NCBI GenBank assembly: GCA_964036045.1
Contig: OZ038378.1
Span: forward strand, 181,040,001-181,104,000
Length of the DNA stretch: 64,000 nucleotides
Source of the DNA: Eutreptiella sp. 'Long Island Sound 2002'
Lineage: Eukaryota > Protista > Euglenida
Reading direction: 5' to 3'
Below, piece after piece: positions 25,421 to 36,292 of this stretch. The translations under genes and the position numbers were made by a program. Position 1 is the stretch's first letter. Every line of letters begins with the position of its first letter. The notes under the pieces were generated by a model that was given only the letters and a program-made list of their open reading frames with translations, was not told where the DNA came from and did no database searches.

Positions 25421-26569
25421 AGGGATATTGCGCCGAAAATTTCCTTCATTTACAAGGAGGAATACCCCCCCGCCCCTTCAATTTGGGACCTCCCAAAACA
25501 AACCCCCTCAACCCCCCCCCCCCCCCGGGAACCATATCACAACCCACACCAACAAGCTTGTACTCAGGGACCCACTGACAGTGCCCGTTGATCGAGAGCT
25601 GTCGCAATGTGATCATACCCTTGCCCCCCGCATGTGTCTCCAGGGTTGAATAGGGTTGTGTATGCAGGATCCAATAAATGGAATATCAAGAAATCCAATC
25701 CACAAATACGGAGGTTGCCTTGGACTATTTAGGATATCCCCATAGGGGTTTCATGCTCACCCAAGGGGGAGCCAATAATATAGCACATACTCCAATATAC
25801 ACTATGGTACCCCTTAGGGTAGGGTTAAGGCAAGTAAGGGGGTTCAGTTTGGTCGCAGTAGGGCCGGGCTGCAATTGGGGTGTCTGAGTAACCGGATCTA
25901 TCGTAGGTAGGCCTTGGGAAGCTTCGGTTGGAGCGCACTGGGGACGAAGGCCTATTTTCTCACCCAATGGGAGCACATGGGGTGATCTTCCTGGTTGCTC
26001 CGCCTCAATGAACTCCCCCTTTTGGGGGTATTGGAGCAATTGCTCCTGCCCAGGACTCAAAGTTGGAATCCTTTTTGCATTGGGCTGCCTACAGGCCGAT
26101 CATAGGGCAAGGGCACCAAGAAATTTTGGTGACCGCCTCTGCTACCATCTAAGTGGTAGGTAGTATCGCCCTGGGGGTGAGTAATAGTAGAAGCAGAAGC
26201 AGAGTAGAGTGGGCTGGCACTGTACATATAGTGTCAATAGCTGCATGGGACCAACCTGCACAAGTGGGGAGTTCAGCACCTTAAGGGGGGGGGTGTTATC
26301 GTGTTGGGGTTTTTTTTTTGGCCCAGACACTTGCGACCCAAGTACTATCCAAGACTTCTTGGCTTTGAGGAAGTGATATGGCAGGAGTTATGCACCCATG
26401 TGAGTGCTCCCAATTTTGAGGACCTCAATATGGCAGATGTTATGAAGCCATTTCAGTTTGGTGACCCTGAGATGGCCAAAAAGTGCCGCTCTACCTTAGC
26501 AGCAGAATTGAGAGCACCATCGAGTGGCTGCATAACCATCGCTGGATTGGTATGCCCAAACGATAGGCA

Positions 26570-26635
26570 CCTATGCCCAAACGATAGGTACCTATGGCCA
26601 AACCATAGGTACCTGTTGCGCAATCGGCGGAAATT
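26570..26635 (+). repeat. 21-bp tandem repeat (TATGCCCAAACGATAGGYACC), about 3 copies
   Basis: Directly visible. Confidence 0.8.
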
Positions 26636-26822
26636 GTAGGGGCTCAGAGGCAACTTCATGCCCCAAGATATCAACAGTGCAGGGGAGAACGGCACTTCGT
26701 GTGGTGCACGCCTGCAGGCTCTTTTCATAAGGAGAGGGCAGGTCTATCTACATTGGAACAGGGATGGTCAGAAATAGTCAGGAATGTGGACAGGCTCCGC
26801 ATGACATCACTGGACCTCCAAC

Positions 26823-26890
26823 CTCCCTTCCCCAGGACTCGAACTCGGGACGTCTATGCGTTCGTCACGGACTCACCGTGGTAAGACCTG
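26823..26890 (-). repeat. tRNA-derived (SINE-like) remnant
   Basis: Minus strand reads CCCGAGTTCGAGTCCTGGGGAAGGGAGG: a B-box plus a 3' end similar to the 4904-4975 copy. Confidence 0.3.
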
Positions 26891-27429
26891 TGTTCCATGG
26901 TCCGGGATGGAACATTGGGCTCCTGAACACACAACAAGCCCACGGACTGCTGCACCACTGGGTGCCACTTCTGGGTGGGGTGGGCTGAAAGGAGAAGGAC
27001 CTGCGCGAATGCAGCCCGCGTCAGAAAATGACACGGGGTGCGAATTAAAGGGACAAAAACCACACGACAGCTCCACACACACCAGCACAAGCACCCGCAC
27101 CAACCGCCGAGCTCACTACCAAATCCGGCGTTTAGGGGTTGGAAGGAGTAGAAGGAAAGAGATGGATAAAAGCGGGGGATGTTATTCACAGGTTGCGAAA
27201 TTTTGCGAAAATTTCAGACTTTGAGGTGATTTTTGACTTTTTTGCAAAGTTTGCAGAATTTACAAAATTTGGTGCCCCCTGCAGTGGACCCTACAGTAAC
27301 GCGTTGCTGCATCTTAGGCTCCTTTCCTCTTTGGTGAGTGACTCCTCTAGAGGATTGTTGCTGAACATGATGATGATACAGCAGATGCCAGAAAAAAAAA
27401 CATCTCAAGCTGAACTATGGAATTTTACA

Positions 27430-27740
27430 CCTAGTTGAGAATTCTCTCCCTTGCCAATCGTTCCAGCATGCCTCATGACATCTCTCTAAACAATACCCTG
27501 CTCCACTTACTGGTTGCTAACCCGGAGTTCATGGTTGAGTGGCGAAAGTATTGTCGCGCAGAGGGACCAATAGTGCAAACAACCATGACCTGTATAATTT
27601 TGGGATCAGCAAACAGGTGTTTTTTTTTTGTATAGACAGCAGAATTTTGGTAAATCTCCAATTATCATCGACGGAGGTTGAGCGGCCATTTAACCTAGCA
27701 GGGTACGTGGACAACAAGTATCAGCGCCACCTCCCTTGAA
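27430..27740 (+). mobile_element. hAT transposase C-terminal (dimerisation domain) remnant
   Basis: Frameshifted LSSTEVERPFNLAGYVDNKYQRHL resembles the hAT S.A.xER.FS.AG...R..L motif. Confidence 0.55.
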
Positions 27741-28084
27741 GGGATCTCTGTGTTTCATACTGCGTAGCGAGGGTTTGCAGCATTTTTGCGATTTTTTTTT
27801 GCGAAAATCTACCAAATTTTGCGGCACAAAATCACCACCCTTGATTTGTGAATTATCCCCTCCCTGATATCAACAGCACCAGTGACGTTGTACCGTGTAA
27901 ATGTGCCACATATTTGGGGTACCCCAGCTAACCCCTCTGATGGAACTTTCTGGGCATGAAATTGGTGAAACACGCCATCAAGAAAGGAAAATGGGGGCAA
28001 TGGTGAGACGGCAACTCGAAAATGTACCACCTCCATCGTGGGGGGGTCCTTGCTCAGATAGCCGACCCCAACACCCCCCCCCCC

Positions 28085-28110
28085 CTTTCTGAGTGTCTAT
28101 TTTTTTTTCG
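28085..28110 (+). other. Genomic copy (relic) of the euglenid spliced-leader exon
   Basis: CTTTCTGAGTGTCTATTTTTTTTTCG matches the Euglena SL ACTTTCTGAGTGTCTATTTTTTTTCG except for the first base and one extra T. It is followed by CTGCTTAG rather than the GT donor of an SL-RNA gene, and the ATG is at 28124. Confidence 0.85.
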
Positions 28111-28123
28111 CTGCTTAGTTTTC

Positions 28124-29986
28124 ATGTCCGCACCCGTGCGCAGAGCGGCTCTGTGCACCCACGGCACCACAGATTTGGGGGCCGGCCTCCGCATGATGCA
28201 CTCCGCGTACATGTACTTTGTCATGGCGCTGTGCTTTGTAGCTACTGCAGTGCTCCTCCCCTATGCTGACCTAAGCCGGGGGAATGGGCCGTCACGTCGC
28301 TGCATGGCGAAGCAGGCACCTTTCAAACCCGTTACCACGCGTTCAAGCCATGGACTTGCGGCTTCGCACAAGCAGGCCACTCCCGCACAGCGTTCAAGCG
28401 CTGTGCTCGGCCATGCGGATGTTCCTACCTCAGATCAGTGGCCTCCTGTAGCCTCTTCGGTCGAGGGAACTTCGATGGCGAGCGGTGTGCACGGTGGCCT
28501 GATCTTTAGATCCGGGGCTGCTGGTGCTCTCGTGGGTTTGCTGATGCTGTTTGCGCGCGTCGTCAAGCAGCAGCACCGTACGAAGCCACGATCGGCACCA
28601 GCCATCCCAGTTCAGTTCTCTGCCTGCGCCGTCTCTGGCGCAGCTGGTGAGCCGGGCACGCCGCCGCCTATTCCTCCGCCGGCGCGCGGTGAGCCCGCCG
28701 AGGAGACAGAGGCACCGGGAGCCACAGGCGAGACGCGCACGGCAGGCGATCACGGCCATGTCCTGGAGAGCCGCCTGTATGCCCGGCTCTGCCAAGAAGC
28801 GGGCGTTGACACGAAAGTGGGCCTGACGCGGCTGCCGGGCCCGCGCGGCCGGGGCCTCTGTGCGCTGCGGGACGTCCGGGAAGGGGAGGCGCTGCTGCGT
28901 GTCCCGCTGTCGTGCTGCCTCCTGGAGCCGCTCCTGCCCGAGGGCGAGTGGCCCGCGGTCGTGACGGCGGACCCGGACTTCTGCGACACGGCCCTGCGCA
29001 TCGCCCTGCGGCTGCGGTCGCGGCAGGCGGGCCCCTTTTGGGAGCGCTACGCCCGGCTGTTCCCCGCGCCGCAGTCCATGGCCCAGCCGCTGTGCCTCCC
29101 CCCGGGCCTTCTGGCGGAGGTGCAGAACCCGGACCTCGTGGCCACGGCGCTGGAGGAGCAGCAGCGCTTCCGGCGGTACTTCCCGGGGGAGTTCCCTGCG
29201 GCCGATGCCGCCCCCGATGCGTTTCCCGGGGACCTGATGTGGCTGTGGAGGGTGGTCAGCAGCCGGACCATGGACTCGGGCATGCCCGTCCCCCACGACG
29301 CGCTGGTGCCCTTTCTGGACATGGCCAATCACGCGGCGGTCCCCAACGCCCAACCCGCGCACGCGCAGGACGCGCCTTGGGGCTACGAGTTGCGCGCCCT
29401 GCGCGACGTGCGGAAGGGCGAGGAGGTCACGATCTGCTACCTCGAAGGCGTGCCGAACTGGATGTTCCTGCTGCAGTACGGCTTCGTTCCGCGGGGGAAT
29501 CCGCACGAGCGGCTGCCGGAGCTCCCCCTTCCCAAGCGGCTTGGGATCCCGGAGAAAAGCCTCAGAGCCACGTTGCGCAGCAAAGGGGCGCGTGCGATGG
29601 AGGACTCTGCGGTGGTCGCAGCACTGCGCCTGCTCCCGCTTTCGGGTCGGGAGGAGGACTGGTGGGCGTGGGGGTGGGAGGAGGAGGAGGAGGAGAAGGG
29701 CAAGGGGGGCCCAGACCCTCCGCGGACGGTGTCGGCGGAGCTGAGGCGTACTATGCGGTTGCGCACCGCGCTGCAGGTTGCTGCAGAGCGCATGTTTTCC
29801 ACCACGCAGGAGGAGGACGAACGTGCTGTAGACCGCATGATGGCCGGGGAGCAGCCAGGGGACCCCAGGCTTCTGCCGCTGCTCATCTACCGCGTGGAAC
29901 GGAAGAGGGTTGTGTCCATGGCGATCCGCATTCTGGCCGACCATGAAGAGGCGCTGCGGAAAGGGAAGGCCCACGGTCACTATTGA
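28124..29986 (+). CDS. Plastid-targeted SET-domain lysine methyltransferase (Rubisco LSMT/SETD3-like), intronless, 620 aa
   Basis: SET motifs GRGLCALRDV..GE.LL.VP, LVPFLDMANH and EEVTICY...N..FLLQYGF; an LSMT-type C-terminal region (STTQEEDE...YRVERKRVV); an N-terminal signal peptide, S/T-rich transit segment and second hydrophobic segment followed by basic residues. Confidence 0.9.
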   Translation: MSAPVRRAALCTHGTTDLGAGLRMMHSAYMYFVMALCFVATAVLLPYADLSRGNGPSRRCMAKQAPFKPVTTRSSHGLAASHKQATPAQRSSAVLGHADVPTSDQWPPVASSVEGTSMASGVHGGLIFRSGAAGALVGLLMLFARVVKQQHRTKPRSAPAIPVQFSACAVSGAAGEPGTPPPIPPPARGEPAEETEAPGATGETRTAGDHGHVLESRLYARLCQEAGVDTKVGLTRLPGPRGRGLCALRDVREGEALLRVPLSCCLLEPLLPEGEWPAVVTADPDFCDTALRIALRLRSRQAGPFWERYARLFPAPQSMAQPLCLPPGLLAEVQNPDLVATALEEQQRFRRYFPGEFPAADAAPDAFPGDLMWLWRVVSSRTMDSGMPVPHDALVPFLDMANHAAVPNAQPAHAQDAPWGYELRALRDVRKGEEVTICYLEGVPNWMFLLQYGFVPRGNPHERLPELPLPKRLGIPEKSLRATLRSKGARAMEDSAVVAALRLLPLSGREEDWWAWGWEEEEEEKGKGGPDPPRTVSAELRRTMRLRTALQVAAERMFSTTQEEDERAVDRMMAGEQPGDPRLLPLLIYRVERKRVVSMAIRILADHEEALRKGKAHGHY

Positions 29987-31346
29987 GGGGGCCGGGGTGT
30001 GTGGGTGGGTGGGCGGGACTGGCCCGATCTGAGAGGTCACCGCTGCCTTTGCTATGGCCTGTGCGCAACACTCTCTGTCCGTATTCGTACCAGCGGTTTG
30101 CTTGTGTTAACGCAACCCCAGCCCCTTGCGCAGGCACACTCACTCGTCCGGAGCAGAACGAGACAACCGCCCTGGGAAAACAAGGCCTGGGCCCTGCATG
30201 AAGTCGTGGAGTTGTGGGAAGTGCTGAACCCCTATGGCCTTCGGTTCTTCGACGGCAAATACAGACCGCCCATTGCTGAGCCACTGGGGCCCTGGCTGAC
30301 TCGGGTTGACCCACCCGCACTTAAAAATCAGAAAAAGTTTCCTTCGGCGAAAAATGAAACTCACCAACGGGGCAGGCGCTCTGTCCTGCCCGCCCACCCA
30401 CCGAACCACGTCTGGGGTGGTGGCCAGGGTTTTGCTTTAATTTTCGTTCCGGCCGGGGGAGGCTCCCCCCTGGACCCCTCCCCCACTCCCCTAGACCCCC
30501 TCCCCCGTTCCCAGTAGAGGCCAGTCCGGTAGTGTGCCCTCAAGGCCCCCGAGACTAACGGGGCTGTAGCGCCCAACCCCGGAGCCATCCCAGGTAGGTT
30601 CCCTGGGCTAGGCAGGCGCTTGGCGTGCCCTGGGACCCCTTCAACTGCCCCGTATGCACCCCGGCCGCGGGAGTGTGGGACCCAGCCTGCAAGGCAACGC
30701 CACTTGTGCCGTTTGGCAGCCAAGGAGCGTCCCCCCCCCCCCAGTCGTGTCCGCAGTCGTGGGGCGGCCAGACAGCATGTCCCTGTGACCTGGAGGCTGC
30801 GATGTCCTGGCCCAAGACTCCCCAGCGGGCACAGAGTTGGGTCCCCAAGCCTCACTACCGGGCCTCGAGCCAGGCCACACTGGCACCCCACACGCAAGGT
30901 CCCTCCCTCCCCTCCATTGCCCACGTGCACGCACACAAACCACGGGCTCAGCCTCACTGGGGGCAAGGCTTGGCCCCGGGAACGTACAGCAGGTCAAGTG
31001 GATACCACATGAACGTGGGCGAGCGGTCTACCGGCGGTGTCAGCCAGGCATCGCTTGACCGTGTGACCTGTCATGCCACGACACCGCCTCATCGGGGAGC
31101 AGGGCTCGACAGTTCCTGCACGCACACCCAGACACAGGACGATGGTGTCTCCCGCTCACCAGCGCTCCGGTGGGGTCTGGCTGCTGTTGATAATTGGCTC
31201 GCCTTTGGACCCGGACAGTCAGGTTAATCAGCCTCGTGGTTGGGCAGGGAAGGATGCCCAGACCCGGGGGCCTGCTCCTCCTGTATGGCAGTGCAACTAT
31301 TTGGGCGTGTGGCCATACTTGAGACCCATCCTTTGTGACACTAGTT

Positions 31347-31757
31347 GGGCATGCCGGGTTTTCACTTCCGGGGGGGGGGGGGGGGGTCAACAGAGCCCCC
31401 AAAAACTGGGGTGGGGGTTCAGGAAAAGGGCTCAATTGACAGGCACCATTAATCAGCCATTATGAAATCTGGCGCCAAAGGCGCCGAAAATTTTTTTGAG
31501 CATTAAAATTGGTCAATTTTGTTTTACCCAATATATGGCAAATGATGACTTTTTTTGAACCCCCTCGATGCGCTAATTCCAAAAATCCCATTTTCTTTTT
31601 CTCCCGACTTTTGGGCCTGGGTCACCTCCGAGGCGCGGGGTCAGTTTCGGTTGGATTTTGGGGGTCCTAGCAATTGAGCCTTTTTTTGGGGGGGGGTCCG
31701 GCCGGAGTGCTCTATTGAACCCCCCCCCCCCCCCCGGAAACGAAAACCCGGCATCCC
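31347..31757. mobile_element. MITE with long poly-G/poly-C inverted ends
   Basis: ATGCCGGGTTTTCACTTCC(G)nTCAACAGAGC pairs with GCTCTATTGAA(C)nGGAAACGAAAACCCGGCAT; no clear TSD. Confidence 0.7.
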
Positions 31758-34046
31758 TTGTTGTTTGAGAGTAGGTACTTCTTCCACATTGGGGATTTTC
31801 ACCTAGTTTCACCAATTTCCACCTTTTTTCACATTTTTTTTTGCTCATCCACATCCACTCTTTGCTAGGTTGATTTCTCCCCGCCACGGGACCTCGAGAA
31901 GGCAGAGGTGATGTATCCATGTTGTTTTCCCCCCATCATGGGAACCCCGAGCAGGCACAGTTGATGTCGGACCCGAAGATCATCATCAAGGCCGAGGGAC
32001 AATCCAGCATCCTCTCCAAGTGCTGTATCACATCCAAGTACTATAATCGAAGGTGACCTCATGGGCTTGATTAACACCAAGGATCCTTCGTGCTAGCCAA
32101 GATGTACCATGCCGTCATCCCGAGACGTGCGGCAGCGGGGCTATGCCAGACGGCCATACCGAGCACCCCGAGTCTATTGTCCCTAACCCAGATGGACCAC
32201 CTCCCCATCCCCATCCCCAATGGCAGAGGTCTCCCAGGGTCTACAATGGGACATGCTCCTGAGGCAAGGGTGATATAAGGGCATTTGGAAGGGGTGTGCT
32301 TGGGGACTCTTTAGGGGAACCTGGTCTGAAAAGTAGTGCGCAGTGCGCTCGCAGTGCAAGGGCGCCCCCTATGAGGCCTTGTCCCAACCCAACCCAACCC
32401 CTCGGGCCTCCAACTAATGCATAGGTTCTGGCCATTGTTGGCTAGAGTCTTGGTGCCGAAGGCGTAGTGCCAGGCACACAACCAGGAGGAAATTTTCTTT
32501 GTTCATCACATCCCAACAGACCCAGAGTTTTGATTGTATTTGTGTGTGCAGTTTGCAATTTGAAAAAAATTTGGTCCTTGATCTTTTTGCCTTCCGCCAG
32601 CAGTGGCGGCTCAGAGATGGCCCATATCCTAGTGGTATGTGCGTTGGAGGCATACCTTGAAGGGAGAGGTTCACACCCCACTGCAGACATTTCTATGATC
32701 TGCCTCAGACTGTTGTTACGTTCACAAACAAAGCCTAGCACAACAGTAGGGACACAAATTCTCAGATGTTGTGGCTTTTGGTAGCAGTCAATACACCATC
32801 AGCACTAGCAGTAGCGGCAGCAGCAGCAGAAGCAGCACCGTTACATCCTGTGTTGCCTGCCTGGAAAGGACAAGGGGGGGGGGAGGCATGTGCACTGAAC
32901 CCCGCCCCCCCGCCGCTGTCTGCCCCCCCCCCCCTTTGCGGAGCCTCTGACCACCACAACCCTGTTGGGGTCGAGTAGTTCAACAGGCAGCCCCTCGCCC
33001 CCCGTGACCTCTATATCCAGCTTGTGGTGCCCTTTCCACAGTTCTACAAACGAATTATGCCATCCCCTCCATAGCAGAAAGCAACACAAACAATAGGAGT
33101 TGGTGTGTGCAGCAACACCCGGTTATGGACCGTCAAACACAGAAGGCAAGTCCTTTGATTTTGAGATTGGTGGGCATGCTGGAGCTATCACCCACATAAT
33201 CTGGTGGATGGTGTAACAGCAGAGCTGGTCAGCTCAATGGTGGTGGGGTTTAGCAGGATCATTGGGGTCAAACTGTTTTCCAATATTTGTGAAGTGTTCC
33301 ACATGTTTTTTTTGATGCAGGCGTGCGCATAGCGTTGCATGCTTGCAATTGATTGGAGGAGAATTTTCAGAGGCAACCAGCCGTAGTCAGTGTTTGTGCC
33401 TCCCGACTGCCCTGTTTTCCCAGATGGGAGGGGACTTTAGTCCATTCCACCTCCTGACCTGTTCTACCGAGTTCCCTGCACATTTTTTCTGTCCCATAAC
33501 GGGACATTACTGAGCTGGTGGTGGGAACCAACCTAGTTGTTCAAGGCCCACTTTCCTGCCTTGCCAGTGGTACCCAAGAAAGCAAGGGGAGGGAGTGTCT
33601 CGAGACCGCGCTTTTCAGAGTGGCAAGTAGTTTGAGGGCATGGACCGCAGTGTACATTTCTATTGTATTTGGGTGGTATTGTATGTCTGTTTTAGATTGT
33701 TGGGCAAGAATGTGCGGATGGCGCAATCTCCGTCTGCATAGATGCCACAAGCTCTGGCATACCCATTGGTCAACAGTTTGTTGACGTCGTTGCGCACCTC
33801 TCAACTTTACCCTGTATAGGCTGGCGGAGGCTCATGCAGGCGGCTTAGGGTCGTCAGCGATTGTCTAAGCCGCAGGAGGTTGGTGAAGGATTGTGAAGGG
33901 GGCGGACCGCTCTCAATGACCGGCAATGTGCAATGTCCGGCGCCCCCCCCCCCCCCCCCCGCATTGGTCATCACTGCACATGGGGTGGGGATGGATAGGG
34001 TTGGCAAGGGTTGCGCAGAAATATATGGGTTTGCCGAGGACATAGG

Positions 34047-34629
34047 CAAGCATGTGCAGCCGCAGCATGCCGCATCATGCCGCAGCACCCGTTTTTTGGA
34101 GCTGCATATCGGGGTTTGGAAGCATGCCGCAGCATGCCGCAGCATCCAATTTTTTGAGTTCATGTGTCTGGCTGCCTGTTCCTGCTCTGTTTGCACGGGA
34201 GACATTCTGCCTGCCCCATGTCTCCCCAGTTTGTTTTTATTTGTCTTGTCATGAGTCAGTCATCTGCACCAACAACATCCAGTCAACAGTTAACACCAAG
34301 CACACCATTGCTGTTTTCTTTGTCCGACGACCACGCTCTGCTTGCCATGTCGAGCGAACGTTCAGTTTGATGGGCCACATCCAGACAAAGGATTGTTTGC
34401 ATATGGGCAACAACACTTTGCGCCATTTGGCTATGATGTATGTCAACAAACCCACTACAGACAATCTGGATGGTGAAAGTGATGAATTCGGCCCAACAGT
34501 GTTGTGCATGTGGTCTCTTGTTTGTGAGTTCAATTTCCCACAGATGCGTAGGTACCCACATGTGCAGGTAGAAGCATGCCGCAGCATGCCGCAGCACAAG
34601 AAATTTTTTCAAGGGACCGCACATGCTTG
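34047..34629 (+). mobile_element. hAT internal-deletion derivative
   Basis: 11-bp TIR CAAGCATGTGC; 8-bp TSD GACATAGG (34039-34046 and 34630-34637); subterminal GCATGCCGCA repeats; internal SACHVERTFSLMGHIQTK...TLRHLAMMYVN matches the hAT dimerisation motif. Confidence 0.88.
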
Positions 34630-35240
34630 GACATAGGGGGCTTTTCCCATCACCTTCACTCCTACTACCTGGAGTGTTCTGTTTGATGGTGTTCGGGAAG
34701 TGGCAACAGTTTTCCTCCCTTGCACTCGGAGTGACATAGCACAGCAATATCTGTTGCACTGTGTTTTGTTTTGTGGATTCATCAACGTGTTTCAAACAGT
34801 TGTCATTATCCTGTTAATCGTTGCCCCATTCATTTACACACGCACACATACACACATACACACAGGTCTCTTTTGCGCATTCCTTCACGTGGTGGGACCG
34901 TCACCCCAACCAAAAATACACAACAAAGAACCCCTAGCTGCAACGCAGCGCCTGAGACGTAGCGTCGGTGCACTGCTGGCGTCTGGTTTCCACTTTATCT
35001 GGCACCTCCCCCGGGCCGCACAGAATGTCCAAGACGGCCCCCGCCACGGATTTTGCCGCCATTACAGCTACGGTGCTGGAGGCCCCAAGGAAGGACATTG
35101 CAGCCGTGGTCGCTGCAGCGCTGGAGCAGCGCCCGCGCGATGGTGCATCGACGAGGAGGAGCAGGAGCAAGAACGCGGGTGAGCAACGGCCCGCAGAGCT
35201 GCAGCCGCCTGCGGAGAGCGGCTGCACCGAGTCCCGGACG

Positions 35241-35712
35241 CAGGGTTTTGCTTAGTGTCCGTCCTACCCCAGGGGGGGGGGGGTCTGGCAGAATTTCAGG
35301 GTGGGTGGGTGTCCAACCCCCCCCCCCCCCCGGGGTGGGGTGGGACTTTGTGGGGGCCCTTGGGTCTATCGAGCCAGTGCCACTTCTTTCTTTCTTTTGT
35401 TGCAGGTTCCATGTAACATGTTTATTGGTGTGTTTACATGGTGTGTTTACATGGCATTGCATATCACGTGTGCATGCCCCACGCCCATAAAGGGGCTAGG
35501 ATGCACTGTCATTTCTGTCAAATGCGAAGGGGGCAACGCTAGAACCCCACTGACATGATGGTTGTTCACCTCTGTGGAAAACTTGGTCTTCTGTATTGCA
35601 TGTCTCAGTTGGGTACGTGGGTGGGTGGGTGGGTGGGTGGGTGCCAAAATTCTGGGTGGGTGGGTCCCTGAATTAACCCCCCCCCCCCCTAGGGTGGGTA
35701 AGCAAAACCCTG
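35241..35712. mobile_element. hAT-type MITE
   Basis: Perfect 14-bp TIR CAGGGTTTTGCTTA; perfect 8-bp TSD CCCGGACG (35233-35240 and 35713-35720). Confidence 0.92.
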
Positions 35713-36292
35713 CCCGGACGAGAAGGAGCTGCAGCGGAGCAGCGCAGCAACGACAAGGAGGTTAGCCACATCCGACTACCCGTAGCAACGCGGCAGCTAC
35801 TGGGCGAGAGGAGCGATGCGAGATGACGACGGAGAGCGCCCTGCTGGCGACCATTGCCGAGATACAGGGCACTATACGCGACCTACGGAAGGAGATAGCG
35901 GCGCTACGCAAAACCGATGCTGCGAAGGAGCAAGTGGGGCTCACGACGAAACGCCAGCAGGAGCTGCACCGGCCTGGCGACGACGATGCGCGGACATTGA
36001 CACAACGGACGCAACTGGCCCAGCCCCTGGCCAAGCATTCATATGCGGAGGCAGCGCAGACGCCTGTACGGAGGACGCAGACGCAAACTACGGTGGTCGC
36101 CAAGAGAGAGCCACGGAATGCAGGTCAACCAGTGGCAGAGAAAGGCGGCTATGGTGCAGTGCTCCCAGCCCGCCCGTACCGGGATCGGGATCTTGTCGAA
36201 ACGGGCATGACGCAGCTGGCCCCGACAACGCCGCCGACACAATGGCCCCACATACTGAAGAAAGTCCTGCTGCTAGGGAAGAGCATGGAGTG

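Noticed and set aside
23990-25530. Poly-C/poly-G-rich ORFs and potential G-quadruplex clusters as a dedicated system
   Set aside because: They correspond to common short poly-G/C MITE-like repeats seen throughout the window, with no coding signal.
28085-28110. Functional SL-RNA gene
   Set aside because: The SL exon is not followed by the GT donor and SL intron; it runs into a 5'UTR and ATG, and no tandem SL/5S context is visible.
28022-28123. 34-codon N-terminal extension of the SET ORF in the ORF track
   Set aside because: It runs through the poly-C tract and the SL relic; the ATG at 28124 gives a proper signal-peptide start.
28430-30040. 536-aa minus-strand ORF and the other overlapping ORFs
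   Set aside because: Antisense or alternative-frame shadows of a GC-rich CDS; no recognisable motifs.
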